Source: Diadema antillarum
Taxonomy: Eukaryota
Direction: 5' to 3'
DNA length: 64,000 nucleotides
NCBI RefSeq assembly: GCF_040938485.1
Contig: NW_027271421.1
Span: forward strand, 566,567 to 630,566
Position 1 is the stretch's first letter; each line of letters begins with the position of its first letter. Shown here in pieces: positions 1-14,520 of the stretch. Both the position numbers and the translations under genes were made by a program. The notes under the pieces are model-generated. The model was given only the letters and a program-made list of their open reading frames with translations, had not been told where the DNA came from and did not search any database.

Positions 1-3000
1 TAGAATCAGAGCCGACACGAGGTTAATACTCATCTTCCTCAAGCTCAACGCAAACTCTGGTCATCTACACTGACTTACCATTTGTACAATAAAATGATTG
101 AAAATGATGACTGTGAGAAGCAATGTTAATCTGTTGTAAGCAGCTGTTAAGTAATCCAAGAAATGATTCGTTTTGGAAAAAGACATGATTAAGCGTAAGC
201 TTATATGATACAGCCTTTTTTCTGCAATTGCTCCCCTTATTGTATCTTTAAATGATTTTTCTTTATTAACAATGTACCGTGTAATTTGTATTGAATAATT
301 GTCAATATTTTGTATTCATGGAGTTTATAAATTCTTCTTTAAAAATCCTACGATTTGTACAAAAGAAAAATGTATTTGTATATTACGCTTGTCGTAAAAT
401 TGCAGAAAAAAATAGATATCAAATATCAAAATTAAAGGTTGATTGACTATGCAAATCTGCTTCATCAACCGACTAAGATACTGAGTGCAGTTAAACAGCG
501 ATAAGATAAGACAAAGTAAGAGACGATTTAATGGACCAAACCATACGAAATCTTTACTCAGTGGGATCTGTCAGGGATCAGTGTTTCAAATTTCAGTAGA
601 AGTATTTACATTTTGTGTCATATTCATACCATTATGCGTGCTTGATGTAAAACACACAAAAATAACTAACTGTAATGAGAATAACTTAGAAAGAAAAAAT
701 TGCCAGGTTCTTTCGTAAATATTTTCTGTGCCCCCACCCAAGGCCTTCCCCGAGCGACCTCCCTGCGAGCCCAAAATTCATCAGGCGGTATTATTTTGTT
801 TTGTTCACTGAAAATTGATTTCAACTGTACTAGCTTCAAAATTCATACATCTAATCTTTGCTTGGGGTATGTCGCTTCCTGTATATAGCAGTTATGTATT
901 CAAGTAGTCCACAATTTCTATTGCTTCTATACTGAACATGCGAATTGCTTTATTTTTTGACCACCTGATTTCTTCTATGTTCACATTCAATTCATTTTGC
1001 CCGTTGCGAATAAAAGTTTCAAATAATCACTAACTACGTTATTGATCGTTGAGCTTTTGTCTTCATTTTGCTACAAATCGTAGCTCTGTCATGAGATTTC
1101 CTGGAAGAACATGTTTTCGAGGAATACATACAGGCATAAACGAAGTCATATAGGAATACACATCACATAATTTATCTAGCTTTTGTGGTAATGCAGGAGT
1201 TTATCAGTACATTGTCACTCATTGGCTGCACTGTGTTACTTATACCATGACTTCACCGAACATTACCACAATTTTCTATCATCCTCCATAGAAGTAATGT
1301 ACATAGATGTATATACATATAATGTATGTGTTATGTGTGAGTGTTGATGAACTCTAACCAAACTGAAACGAACCTTCCTAAATGACTGCAGGATCCCATC
1401 CATGGAATTGATATTTTAGCCTTGTTTCTGTTATTGATATCCAGTTTCATTTGGCACATCAAATCCTTGCTTTCTATAATTTTATGCTACATCCACGTTG
1501 CAATTTTTAGCAGAGCAGATCATACAAATAATTGTATATCATCCTACCCACAGTATCCTCCCTCCTACTTTCATGCTTAACCTGCTGGTACCTTTACGGC
1601 ATGTAGCCAGTTCCATTATTTTTCTCTCATCCATCAAATCCTTTCCAGAGAGTGGGAACCCATTCAATCCATTGCGGTGTTGTGTTTCACGGATTAATTA
1701 GGCAAGAGTATGAGTTTGTCAGATGTCAGATTAATTACGAAAACAGATAAGAGGTAATTGAGAGAAAATGGCGCTGTTTCTATAATTAGCTCGAATGCAC
1801 ATTTCCAGCGACAAAGATTGCAATTGGACATTTAGAGATTACAGAGCCATTTATTACGCCATTAATTTTCAAAAGCACGTTTTTGAAATAGCCACAAATT
1901 GTTAATTTGCCTGCCGACAGAGAGGGGGGTGGGGGGGGGGGGGGAGGGAGGGAGAGAGTAGCGTACTCAGCCAAATTAGAAACATAAATCTCAGGCATCT
2001 ACATTTTCCGTTGTAATAACTAAATTCATGTCTGTACTTCAGGAAACCAAATTTTTAAGCGGTGACAATTCCACTCGATTGAATCAATAAACCCGTTAAT
2101 CTTGTGAAACTTCATTTGATTTGAATTTCACTTTACTTATTTGATTTCAATTCTAATTTATTTGATAAAATGTATATTTTATTGGCTGCTTCAGCTTCTT
2201 TTAAATAACGATCGTCTTCAAATGCCATGGCGAAGAAGACTAATGGTGTATGTTGACTCCCTCCCCCCCCCCCCAAAAAAAAAAATAGTGAAAGGATGAT
2301 AGGCAAAATGCTAGCAATATTTCATTACGCCATACTATTATTGTTGGATTTATCGAGTCGTTCTTATCGCATGAAGATACGACCACAGCTACGCTTTCGT
2401 TGATACGATTTGGATGGGGAAATTAACATTTTACACAAAAAGGAATCAGCAGACTGGATATCTCGATTGAATACAGTCATAAGACTTGAAGAAAACATTA
2501 AAACACTGCCTCACGTAAAAACGAGAATTCTATGAGACAGAAACAAAAGAAATAGTTCAAGTGAAAATTGAATTATATTAGATATTTGCTGGGAATTTAA
2601 GTCAATTCCCCTTTTATTTTTTGTTAAAACAAAAGAAATAAAAAGAAAAAATGGGGGGGGGGGAGTCGTGCGTCCCCTTTAATTTTGTAAAGGCGCCCCC
2701 CTTTTACGGAATTCCTGGATCCGCCCCTGACTCCTAATAATCATGATCAATCTCGTATGCCGTTCAATTGCGAAAAGAAATCTGAATAGATTCCCACTAT
2801 CTGACAATGATAATGTTATTATCATTATAAGAATCATTACTGTCCTTTTTGTTATTTATATCATCGCCATCATCATTTAGCAAAAGGACGACAATGAATA
2901 ATGTGATGTAATATAACTACATCACATTTTTAAAGCAAATTTTACAACTTCTATTGCTTTTGCAGCTTTGATATATGGAAGGCGTTTAGGCGAACCTTAT

Positions 3001-3661
3001 CGTCAATCCTTTCTTTCCCTGGAAGCCAATGCAATGAATATATCAAAGTAATGATGCTAGATAATTACGATGATGTTGATCGAGTAGCTCATACTGTCAT
3101 ACATTATATAAATTGCCCAACTTTGTAAGCTTTGTAATCTTCTTAAATGCATTTTTGACATCTTAGTCAAGAGACCGTTATGTAACAGATATCTAATCGA
3201 GTGATTTGAATAGAGGGGTTATGAGGTAGGAAAGCTGTAACCCTCTTAGCACAGATTTCTACAAGCTGAATGGTGGTTTAAAATCTGTATTTGTTTTCTT
3301 TTTTTTTACTGACTAGTTCTTTTATGGGGTTAATGGAAATAATGGATGGATGAATGGATGGATGAATGAAACGATAGAGGATTGGAAGGGTAGTAGGGTA
3401 GAAATATTATACAAAATATTATACAATCTATATTATACAATAATGTATAGTGTGCGTATTATCAGGTAACATAGCTAAGACTTCTGTTTTCACGTAATTA
3501 TAATGTTCAATTCAATTCAATTCAATTCAGTTTTTATTTTCCATCCAACAAAGAGTGAAACAAAATATACTATAATATCAACCATGCGCAAAATGATCAC
3601 ATTGTTTGATTACTTACAATCAAAGAAGAAAGAAGTTGAGGGTGCAAGGGACTTTTCGCTT

Positions 3662-3878
3662 CAAATTCTTCCAAAAGCACCAAATTTGACAGACATGTAG
3701 CCCAGACAGCACTATTTCAATTTTTGGTGGTCGCTAAGAAGGGCACCCTCTGGGGGGCCATATTGGATTTAACCAATATGGCCGCCCCTGGAAGCGCCAG
3801 TTTAGGCGCCCATTAAAAATCGAAAAAGTATGACATAAATGACCTGTGGGTCAATTTTGGTGCTTTTGGAAGAATTTG
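3662..3878. mobile_element. Small TIR element (~217 bp) with about 29-bp inverted termini and an internal palindrome ggccatattgg...ccaatatggcc.
   Basis: The sequence caaattcttccaaaagcaccaaatttgac at 3662-3690 is the reverse complement of gtcaattttggtgcttttggaagaatttg at 3850-3878. Confidence 0.6.
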
Positions 3879-4441
3879 AACCAAACACCCTATATTATGC
3901 CCTTAGGCCCCGACTAAACGCAATGTGAATCGCAAAGTATATATACTTGTAATATGATATGATATAAGTATAATAACCAATAACACCTGTGCATGCTTTG
4001 AAGGATAACAAAGAAGTAGGTATGGAAAAAGAGCGGTCCACTAAAAAGTAAGGCTCGTAATACATGGATTAATCAAAACTAAATTTTCCATAATTTCTGA
4101 AAGGTTTTGCTAAGATCTCCCTTATTGTGTGTGTGTGTCATTTTATTTTGTAGTTGTTGTTGCTGCAATTACTCGGAAAAAAAAGTTATGTTTGTGTTTT
4201 CACGAATTTTACATGACTATGAAAGGAAACGCTAAAGGTGCTTATGAGCAAGCTGTCACGATACTGACGACTTATATTTAGTCTGAAGGACTGTCGAAGG
4301 CAGCGAGAATAGAGTGAGTGCCTTGACTAGGTCACAGCCGCTGTCATGATGGAGGACGCGAACCAGAGACCCCACGATTTAAGACCCATGCATGGTCTCA
4401 TCTCCATATCCATGAAAACGGCTCAGTACAACCCACTGAGA

Positions 4442-4550
4442 GTTATGTTATGATATGTTATGTTATGTTATGTTATGTTATGTTATGTTATGTTATGTTA
4501 TGTTATGTTATATTATGTTATGTTATGCTATGTTATGCTATGCCATGTTA
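4442..4550. repeat. (ATGTT)n microsatellite, about 20 units.
   Basis: gttatgttatgttatg... seen directly in the sequence. Confidence 0.95.
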
Positions 4551-4818
4551 TTAGTATGCAAGGATGTAAATGTGAGAAAGTATGAAAAAGAGCTGTATGT
4601 AAAAATGATTTACTGAATGAAACTTTCATGGGTAACAATAATTTACTTATATTTTCAAATAATCTTCTTCATTATTTAATTAGTTTCTTCGTGTAAAGTG
4701 GGAAGTGAGGGTAATGCTATGAACATTACTTTGACGAAAATGTTCACAATTTGTGTGTGGTTGGAATAGAGAACGACGGAATGTTGGAACTGATTCTTCG
4801 CATGTTTTTGTTTTTCAG

Positions 4819-4991
4819 GTAAGGAGATGGTTGATTACATCGCTGACTACCTCACGACGATTCGATCAAGACGTACTTTACCTGACGTACAGCCAGGTTA
4901 CTTGAGAAACCTCATTCCAGAAAACGCTCCCATTGAAGGCGACAGATGGAGTGACATCATGTCAGACATCGAGCGGGTGATCATGCCTGGG
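4819..4991 (+). CDS. Hdc: Histidine decarboxylase exon (first coding exon seen). Encodes (G)[57 protein letters not shown]. The exon starts in phase 1 after an acceptor tttttcag.
   Basis: Strong match to the fly Hdc N-terminus ([43 protein letters not shown]...IVMPG) and human HDC ([35 protein letters not shown]). Acceptor cag ends at 4818 and donor gtaagt at 4992. The in-frame GKE immediately 5' of ATG 4827 implies a small upstream coding exon that was not found. Confidence 0.82.
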
Positions 4992-7900
4992 GTAAGTCTC
5001 CAACTAAGGGATGTGATATGTTTTTAATGTGGATGACTGCATGTTGTGCAAGTACATATTATGTCATCACATAAAATATATATGTAATAGGTACACATAT
5101 ATTCCCACATACACAAATAGATATATTGAGCGGATGATTAGAATTTTTAAAATCTGGGACGGTATCATAAATATGCATTCATATACACATTACGATGACA
5201 TTACTCTTACACCTCTCACTCTAATTTCTCTTGGCATCGTTCTACAATCTTAAGGACTACTGTAGTATTACCTTGACATGTACCCATGGGAGTATTTTCT
5301 TTGACTTCCTTAAACGTTTGCCAGGAGAATCATTTCGTGTCATCCCATTACCATGCCCACCCGCCGCGGCTTTTCCTTTATGCCAGGTGGCATTATTTCC
5401 CTTCCATACATAATTTAACGAAAGATGTTTCTTCTTATCTGGCAATAACCCGGCTGTTGGCATCATGCAAGTGGAATTTACCCACCAGCCTTATCATAAA
5501 TCCCCCTTTTGGGAAGAAGTTTGGATCAGTCTGAACTCACTGCAGAAGCCTTCGTCATTCTTGGACGATCAAATCGTCGATGAATCGTGGTCGTTGTGCA
5601 GAGTGCTTCCGCGATAAATTGACGTCAAATTGAGAAGACGAGGATCGGTATGGTATCCAAGTCATCTATCCCTACCGGAGGAAATGCATCTACAGCACGG
5701 ATTAGGGGCGTGATATCGGCGATGGAGGTTAGATTGAAAATATGAAACAATGACGTCATGCCTCAAAACGAGCAAAGTAAAACGGCCTTACAACATCGTC
5801 ACATAACATGAATAGGGGAAGAGGCAATTTAACATTTACCCTACCTTGTGGTCCCTGCCTAAAGGTTGAGTAGCATCTCATGTCGCATCATTTTCATCAC
5901 TTCAACATAGCATGGCTGGAAGAGAAGGATGTCAATGCAAACGAATAATGCTAAAACTTGTGGTAGCATTTAAAGCCTGTTTTCCTCTTAAAAGTGACGA
6001 CAGAATTTAATCTAGTATTTGTTATTTTTGGAAAATTCTTGATGCCATTTTTCTAGATGATGGAAAGTTACCTTTACCCTTTCCTTTCTACTCTATTGGA
6101 GGGAATGGGTTTCCGCGCTGGTTGCAGACACACATAACAGACTTGTCATATTCTTGCGCACAATAATACGTATATCACAGTGCGCGCCTGACATCAGACA
6201 ATTCAGAAATCTATACCAATTTCAACGATATCACTTCATTTATGTCATTCGCTTTCAATTTAGAAGTCGAAAGTCTGAAAGGCAGTAAAGAAAAAAGTGC
6301 AGACAAAAAAATCATTATATCAGTCTCCATGACGTCATTCAAATTGATTCAATCTCACTCTGCTAACGATTATTGAAGCCAAGATTGCTTCAAACACAGC
6401 ATCATTCGGCAGATTGGTCCCGAGAGAACAGAAGAAAACTTTGATAATCTGTCACATAACCAACTGCAGTTTACCCAACAAATTTCTAAAAAGAATTCGT
6501 TCCTCTTCGTACTTTTTATTCTAAATGATGTCCTGCGGATAAGTAGAGGATATGCGGGAGTATCACTAAGATTAAGGTTGTATCGTCGCCAATGGCATGT
6601 GCCCACTGTCCTATTCTTTAGGTAATCTGGAAGATTGGTTTGTAAGTATTCCACTAGAAGATATAAACATAAAATACGAAATATTTGCAGACAACGAACG
6701 GATGTGCGATGGTTTTAAAGTCCACTGACATGCAAAAAGTGCTAGTAGAAAAAATCCCTTTTATCATTAAGTCTAGCATTTATTCATGCATATGTTAACC
6801 AATAATCAAAACATGTATACGTTTATTTGAATTTTCCAATAAATTTTGAATCTTATTCTGAATTTTTATTTTGAATTTTTGAAATCTTATTCTTCATATA
6901 TCTAGGAATCACCAGTCTGCAGAAGAAGAGTATATAATAATAAAGAAAAGGATGGGAAAACTTTAGGAGGAAACAAATAGAAGAAAAGATATATAGAAAG
7001 AGAAGCGGAAAAACTGGCTAATCTGAGAAATGGAAGATAAACATAGAGAGAGAGGAGAGATGAATGCAAGTTTACGAATGTAAACAAAGCGGAAGATGTA
7101 AGAAAAACTTAGGAGAATGATAGACATATAGACAGGAGGTCCTCTAAGAAGTGAACCCTGTTCTTGCTTTGTCAGCCTAGTGATCGCCACGGGTTTCCAT
7201 TTATGGGACCCTGTTACTATTTTGGACGAGATTTTCGACGGTGTATTCTGAGAGACAAAATGGTAATTGACCCCAATCACTATCAGCCTACGAGTCACCT
7301 TTCCTTCTTTCTTTAGCTTTAAGTACTGCCGGGCGTTCCAGCACATTACCGAGCTAATTTCCTGTGGTATCGGGGCTCTGAATCCCATAAGAGGTGCTAC
7401 AATTACTTTGGCTGCCTATAGCAGACATGACGCCAAGAGGTGTAGCAGCCCAGGCATCGAAATGAAGACCATGATAGGAATGCTAACTCCAAAATGTGAG
7501 CCATCTCTTTGCAGGAGCAGTACACTGTCCTGGCGACACTGAGCTTCTAACTCACACCTTACAGTGGCTAATCGTGTTCATTTTGGCCTCATGGTGGCCA
7601 GTACGACAGACCAGAAATCCGTTCACCACCCACCCGGGAGACGTGCCGTTATTCTGGCATTATTCATGGGACAAATTAAGTACATTAGCTACTTTCTTGA
7701 TAAGTTTGTGACAAACATGTACAAAGCTCGTTAGTTTTTGCAACCTCAGTTAAAAAAAAAAACACACCAAGAAACTCAATTTTTGATGATGACGTGAACA
7801 ATGTTAAAAGCATTGATAGAATCATGACTACACACAGGAGGTTCATTTCATCAGTTCATCATTGACTTTATTTGGAAATAACATGTTTATTATGTCTGAC

Positions 7901-8702
7901 ATGTTACAATATAATGCTTAACCCTCTGTGTGAAACGTTTACTTCCGGGTCATAGGTTTGTGTGTGCACGTGTTGTGCACATTTAACTCATCGGCGCAGT
8001 AGAGTTAAAGCTTCTTTGCGGTGAAAGGCGATAAGATGAATATATAATCATACATACATATTAGACGAGACTTTTTCAATTACTGCAAATAGCTATGAAA
8101 GTCATACAGTATACTTAAAAGAAATTTACAAGAGCATTTTATGTGCTTAAACAGATCTGCATAGCACTGTTCTTATTTGGTAATTTTGGACGTATCATCT
8201 AGGTCACGTCGTTGAAGGATTTTTTTTTAATCCTTCCAATTTCGTGCCAATTTTTCTTTCAATAATTAATCTTTTGATGTGTGTGCACACTTTTGGTTTC
8301 TTCTTTTCCGCAACTGCATTATCAAGCTTGTATGCACTATATACTGTACAGTTTTAACTTCACTAAAATCTTTAAGTCAATGAAGAACAGCCTCTGCCGG
8401 ATTTGAGTGGCCGTGTTGAAATAAATAGAATTATATGTATATATATATATATATATGTATATAATATATATATATATATGTATATACATTCATATATATA
8501 TGTGTGATAAAAATGTGATAAAAACTTTAAATGCCATTTTAGGTTTTTATCACACTTTTATCACACATATATACATGTATATATATTAACATACATATAT
8601 GATACATTCATTTACTTGTTTATCTACGAGTATTTATCTGTGTGTAAGCCAGCCTACAGAGTCATCACCTTCCGTGTTTGCTTGCTGTCCACGCCCATCC
8701 AG

Positions 8703-8816
8703 ATTACTCATTGGCAGAGTCCTCACATGCACGCTTACTTCCCTGCTCTGACGTCATATCCGTCCATGCTTGGAGATATGTTGGCTGACGCGATTGGCAA
8801 CTTGGGCTTTACCTGG
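8703..8816 (+). CDS. Hdc: Hdc exon encoding [38 protein letters not shown].
   Basis: Near-identical to [41 protein letters not shown]. Acceptor ...cccatccag and donor gtacgt. Phase 0 to phase 0. Confidence 0.9.
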
Positions 8817-9342
8817 GTACGTATTCAACATTTTTTTTTTTGGTTGATGATTTAATTACACCTTTGAATTAAAAACATCAAGAAGAAATAAGCAGAGAAG
8901 CAAGTGGATGAAATTCGCGGAAGGCCAACAGATCACTGAAAATTACACGACAATGTACAACACTTTGTTGTTACCACATCTTGCCGGTGTAAAGTATAAA
9001 GCATCTGCTGGCCTTCCTTTTCACAATCATGCCGTGTTGCCGTGTTTTTGTGTTTATGTCTATGTCTTTATGGGGTTTTTTTTCTGCCCTGTTTGTTCTA
9101 CAGGGTCTTTATTGTTTTGAATTACCCATATTTTCTTTTCCATAAAAGTCGTTTCACCGTTTTCACGTTGATTGCATGAGATGTCCACAGTATACAAGCA
9201 CTGCTTTAGTGGACCCTCATTTTTTTCCTCAGAAAATGGATACTGTAACAAGTTTGATTTGAAACTACGTAAAGATGCTTTAAATTTGTTAATTAAGTCA
9301 AATTTGCATTATACAGTCAACCATTGTGTACTCATATATATA

Positions 9343-9378
<36 letters not shown>

Positions 9379-9487
9379 CATATAAAGACGATGAAGACAA
9401 ACAAGTTGACATAATGCATTAGATTCCAACTTCATTTATTTGTAAACCAAATTTTCGACCCTTGCACGGGTCTTCCTCAGGGTAACA

Positions 9488-9610
9488 GTGATATTTGTAT
9501 TTGAAGCTCAGCACAGAAAAATAATAATAATAACAAAGAAACGACAACCAGGCGCGTTTCTTTGTTATCATTATTATTTTTCTGTGCTGAGCTTCAAATA
9601 CAAATATCAC
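9488..9610. repeat. Near-perfect 56-bp-arm inverted repeat (hairpin) with an ~11-nt loop, in Hdc intron 2.
   Basis: The left arm is gtgatatttgtatttgaagctcagcacagaaaaataataataataacaaagaaacg. The right arm is its reverse complement with one mismatch. This explains the mirrored ORFs on both strands in the track. Confidence 0.9.
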
Positions 9611-11164
9611 AAGCAGGAAATCCTTTGCCAGAATCCGCACGCGTTACACTTGTTATTAAAAGTCCTTAACGAATTCCGTAGAAGCGTTTGTTTCAACTCA
9701 TTTTTTTTACCTAAAGGAAAGCTAATATAGATTTTGCTGCGTATATCATTACACACATCATTATTCTGGGAAGAACTTCTCACGGTACCCCGGAAAATAG
9801 CGAAAGGAAACTGTTCTCTCAAAGAGCATGTCAAATTCTTATGGCTCCAAGGTTTTTACCCTCCCTGACAGGTGTTATTTGGTAAAAAGGTCAGTTATCC
9901 CGCCAAGTGACTAATGCTGACACAGAAAAGTATATCTCAAACCCTGTTCCAAGATAATTAACGACGGACGTGCCCGTGTGACGTGGAGATGGATGGCTGA
10001 GGGTTATGGAAAGAATAAACCTGATGAATAACTAATGAATCGTAGAGAAATCTTGCCTCTTGTGAGCTCCAGCGGCATCAATAACAGCTCACGTCTTTCC
10101 AACTGTTCTCATCTCATATTTTATGATACTTTATATCATTCGGTGACATAACTTTTGCTCCGGCCTTGCCCCATCCCCCTTTCAACCAATGTCTTTTGAA
10201 ACTGTTGAAATTCATGGTAAATCCTTGCTCGTTTGTGTTTTCTTTGGAGTTATATTGCCATTCCAATACAGAATTTGTGCAAGAAAACACTAAACACGTT
10301 AGTCATAATGGTGGACGGTAACAAGGAAACATATTGCCTAAATGTCTAAAGACATGGCTAAAACTGCCAGTACCTTTGTTTGTTATCGTTAATCAATCCA
10401 TGGAGTTGATACACATATGGACTGTTAACGAATGTCTTTCTTTAGTCCCATCATCACCATCACTACCTGATCAATATGCATCTTAATGAGTATATTCAAA
10501 TGTGTGGACAATGACGATTGTCAATCGTGCATCGTCACTGACAAAAGAACAATTTCCCTCATTTCCATCATTGATTATTTGGCTGAGGTGCCTTTTCAAG
10601 ATCAAATGCTTTCGAATAAATACCAAACCTCAAAACATTACAAATTTTGTGTTACGAAATTGGAAGTTACTAAAATGTACACTTGTCGACACACATGTAA
10701 TGTTGCTTAATGTTAAGACATACATGTCTACGTTTGCTCTGAAACAATGTGCGAAAAATGTCAAAATTAGATCGCAAATTACAATCAACCAGCCAAAATA
10801 TTTGCTTTGTCTTGTAAAGTACGTGTATGTCGCAAATGAGATTGGTTGAGCAATGATTTCCAAATTTATACTTCAACTGCCCATGACTATTTGTGATTTA
10901 AGAAAGTTATCATCTTCTGCGCATGTAGTTTCAGAACTACATGCCGTCTTGTTTCTATCCAGGCATTCTGTCGGCGGTAATGATGAGATCAAAGCAGGAA
11001 AGCATGCTTAAAATTATATAGTGACTCTTTTGACAGAAACAGGTGCATTAATTAATTAACTGAATGTCCATGTAAAATAAGTGCATGGTCAATCATTAAC
11101 ATCTCCAGTTACATAAACGTATCGTCGAGAAAAGGTTGACATAGAAAAATGCGGTTTATTACAG

Positions 11165-11216
11165 GCATCGAGTCCGGCCTGCACGGAGCTGGAGAAGGTG
11201 GTCATGGACTGGCTGG
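11165..11216 (+). CDS. Hdc: Hdc exon encoding ASSPACTELEKVVMDWL plus one nt.
   Basis: Matches HDC ASSPACTELE..VMDWL(GK/AK). Acceptor ttattacag and donor g|gtaagt. The exon ends in phase 1. Confidence 0.8.
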
Positions 11217-12765
11217 GTAAGTACAGGACAGACAAATTCATCAACATATCAGTGGTTTTCTCCACTTCATCTTTACTTTTCCTTGGTTATCTGTATCATA
11301 TACATGCAGCAAAACAGACAGTATCTCTAGCAGTTCCTCATTTCTTCATGATAATATTTCGGATGTTACTTTGCATTGTTAAGACGTTAAATGTTCCGTT
11401 TGGTGGCGGCATAGTTGCAGTTATTCGTGAAAACCCTACCCTCACGCTTTTATCTCAGTTACTGTTACATGAATACATTGATGTCATGTGATACTTGTGT
11501 TTCGCCAAATGTTGGTTTTTAATCGATTGTGCGTTATTTCTCACTAAAGCAGCAGAGAGAACGATAATCGTCTCCTTACGTTCTCTGCATAATTCACATA
11601 ATATGTCTTTAATGGTTATTGCCATGACAATTTCGAATGTTCGAGGGGGCTTTAACCGAATGCTTTACACGCATGCACAGTTTTATAGTATACAGTATTC
11701 TATGCTTAATCGTGAACATTGATGAAAGATGTTAAATTTTTTACACAGGTGTGTTTTGTCACTTCTTAGCTAATTAAAGAATAAAGGACAGGTGGACAGA
11801 GAGCAATGCAAAACAATCATTTCATTAAAACGTATACATTATAGCACGTTTCCCGATCGCCCGCGACATTACCCCCCCCCCCCCCCCCCCCGCCTCAACG
11901 TTAACAACTTGCTTACGGGAACAAGGCGTGTTATGTTTAACCTCTTTGAACAATGATATTAAGTTTAAAAATGAAAATTTTCATGAAGATAAAACCTTAT
12001 ATGCTATCTAAGACTGACGAGAACTTCTTGGCTAAGGAATGCTTGCTATATACCAAGTTGTGATGGAAAAAAAAAGATACGCAACATGTCCACTCAGCGC
12101 CTTTGGGTAATTCGGACAAAAGCAAAGCAGCGTAATTATGCATTATGCAATTACAACGAGTGGACATTATTGGTCAGTTTCACCAGAAATCATGCAATAT
12201 TTCTGAGGTGGATGTGTAAGATGCCCTTAATTGCAAGGCATAATTTGTTCGAATCAAGGTACAAAACAAGACGCGACCAGCTGCTAGCAAATCGTGGGAT
12301 CATGCAGGCAACTCAAGCAAACTAATTTGGCCCGAGATCCTTTGAAAAGTTTAACGTTCAAAAACGTGGCTCCACATTAACATTTCATCATCTCACCGTA
12401 GCATTTTTTCTTTCTTGTTAAACAAGGTTAACGAGTTCACCCAGAGGAATTCGAAAACGTTTCAATTTCTCATTGGTCTGATATAGAAGACAGTCACAAT
12501 ACAAAATTAGAGTAGGCTACATGATGGAAGGCTCTCATTTCTGGAAATCAGTGTATCGCGCTGCATCATTCATTGTCTATACAGGGACTGTTTGCAATCA
12601 ATTTACCTCGGTTTGTCCTCTCCGTGGTCTCCATAGACTGCATTAACAGCAATTTACTTGTCACTAGCACATGACGTATAGCCCCGAGGTTTCGTCCTTT
12701 TCACTTCAGGTTTAGAAACCCTTTTAAACTTACGAAACCTGTATTAATTTCTTACGATTATTTTC

Positions 12766-12851
12766 GTGATTGTGTGTGTATGTGTATGTACGTGTTTGTG
12801 TGTTTGTTTGTCTGTAAGTGTGGTGTGTGTGGTGTGTGTGTGTGGGGGGGG
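12766..12851. repeat. (GT)n / (GTGTGTTT)-like microsatellite ending in a G10 run.
   Basis: Seen directly in the sequence. Confidence 0.9.
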
Positions 12852-13189
12852 GGTGCGCGTCTGCATCTGTGTGAGAGGAGAACGAGAGAGGAATGGGACA
12901 TGCAGAGCGCACAACAATTTTACATATGTGATTGAGGATGCTGTGGAATAGTGGATAAGGTCCTGACTCCCTGGCCAATCGGAGGACCCAAGTTCGATTC
13001 CTTCCCAGTGCTTATATCCTTGGACAAGACGTTTTTACTCCCGACGTCTTTCGACCCAGGTGTTTAGATGGGTAATTACGCCAAAATATATGGCGTAATT
13101 CCGAAAGTTCGTTTTTCTTAAGATGAATTAATCCGAAAATGAAGTAAGGTTCGTTATTCCTGAGGTTCAAAATCTAACTTGATTTCGTT

Positions 13190-13460
13190 TTTTGGGATCA
13201 ACGAACCTTAAAAAAAAAGAAAGATTTGATAAGTCGAGCTGAAAAAACCAGGTTCTATTTGAATATATTATGTATTACATCTGCAAAATAATGTTCCTTA
13301 CACTTCACAATTTGTCAGCAAAGGTTTTTTGGGGATCAACGAACCTTTAAAAAAAAAGATTTGATGAGTCGAGCTGACAAAAAAAAACCAGGTTCTATTG
13401 AATATATGTATTACATCTGCAAAATAATGTTCCTTACACTTCACAATTTGTCAGCAAAGG
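13190..13460 (+). repeat. Tandem duplication, 2 x ~133 bp.
   Basis: The unit caaaggttttttggggatcaacgaaccttaaaaaaaaagatttgat.agtcgagctga.aaaaaaccaggttctatt.gaatatat.tattacatctgcaaaataatgttccttacacttcacaatttgtcagcaaagg is repeated twice. Confidence 0.8.
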
Positions 13461-14048
13461 CTTTTCGTGGAAATAAAACAACCGCACAAGTAAAATGTTT
13501 ACGCAGCGGTGAAAATTGATTATTTGTCCGTTAATGAATCCCACGACGCAGACGAGTATTGACAGAATTTCAAACATCACGGAGACATCGCTGTTTACTC
13601 ACATAAATGTTCTCCCACATAGAAATTGAACGGTCAACTTCATTTAATTTACATCTGTAGGTGGGTATACATTTCCCACCTTATCGGCAAACGTCTGTAT
13701 AAACTATATAAAATGGATTTCATTCTAATCGAATGTGCTTGACTTTCATGATATTTGGCACTTGACACCTTGCATAAAGGGAGTACCAATCTGTTAGTGT
13801 ATCAAATTTAATGCTCTTCATTTCATTTTTAAACTTTTATTTCCACTTTAAATGTATAACGTATGAACATTAATCGAGATGCCATACCATTTAACGCGTA
13901 TCAGTCCTGTCAAAAATAGTGACATAAAAACCGAAATTATGTACAGTATAAAAACAGCAACGTTTGCAATAAACAATATACGACATATCAAAGCTAGTAA
14001 AGTAACATTAGAGAGTCTCCCCATATCACTGTGTGTATAGTCTTTGAT

Positions 14049-14082
14049 ATATATATAAATAAATGAATATATATATATATAT

Positions 14083-14128
<46 letters not shown>
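14049..14128. repeat. (TA)n microsatellite.
   Basis: Seen directly in the sequence. Confidence 0.9.
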
Positions 14129-14130
<2 letters not shown>

Positions 14131-14520
14131 TTAATCATTGTGCAGGTAACAGGTGTTGAGTGATCATGCAGTAACCATGGTAACCATAAAATTTCACACA
14201 GTAAAGAATTAGCTGGGCACCTATAGAGACAAAGAACTAAAACAAGAAATTCTGAAAAGCAAATGATTAAAGAGTCACTGAAAGCCATTAGGGTATGTTT
14301 CTTGAGTGGAATTATCTTTCGTCTAATAGAACATAGAATATGGAGAATTGGATGAATGAATAGTTGCTCTTAAGCAACTATTGTCAAATACTTCTCTGAT
14401 CTTTTACGCCTTATGTTTTCTTATTTGAGACCGTTGTTAAATACTGATAAATTCAAATATATTTTTTAGATAAGTAATTCATGCGCGTCCGTTTTCTACA
14501 ACTGACTTCTAAAATCGTTG

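Noticed and set aside
4300-4440. ATGATGGAGGA... as the Hdc initiator exon (human HDC starts MMEPEE)
   Set aside because: There is no GT donor in the required phase to join exon 4819, and the downstream frame does not encode EYRxRG.
9419-9730. Mirror-image ORFs (FEAQHRKII...) on both strands
   Set aside because: They are a by-product of the perfect inverted repeat at 9488-9610.
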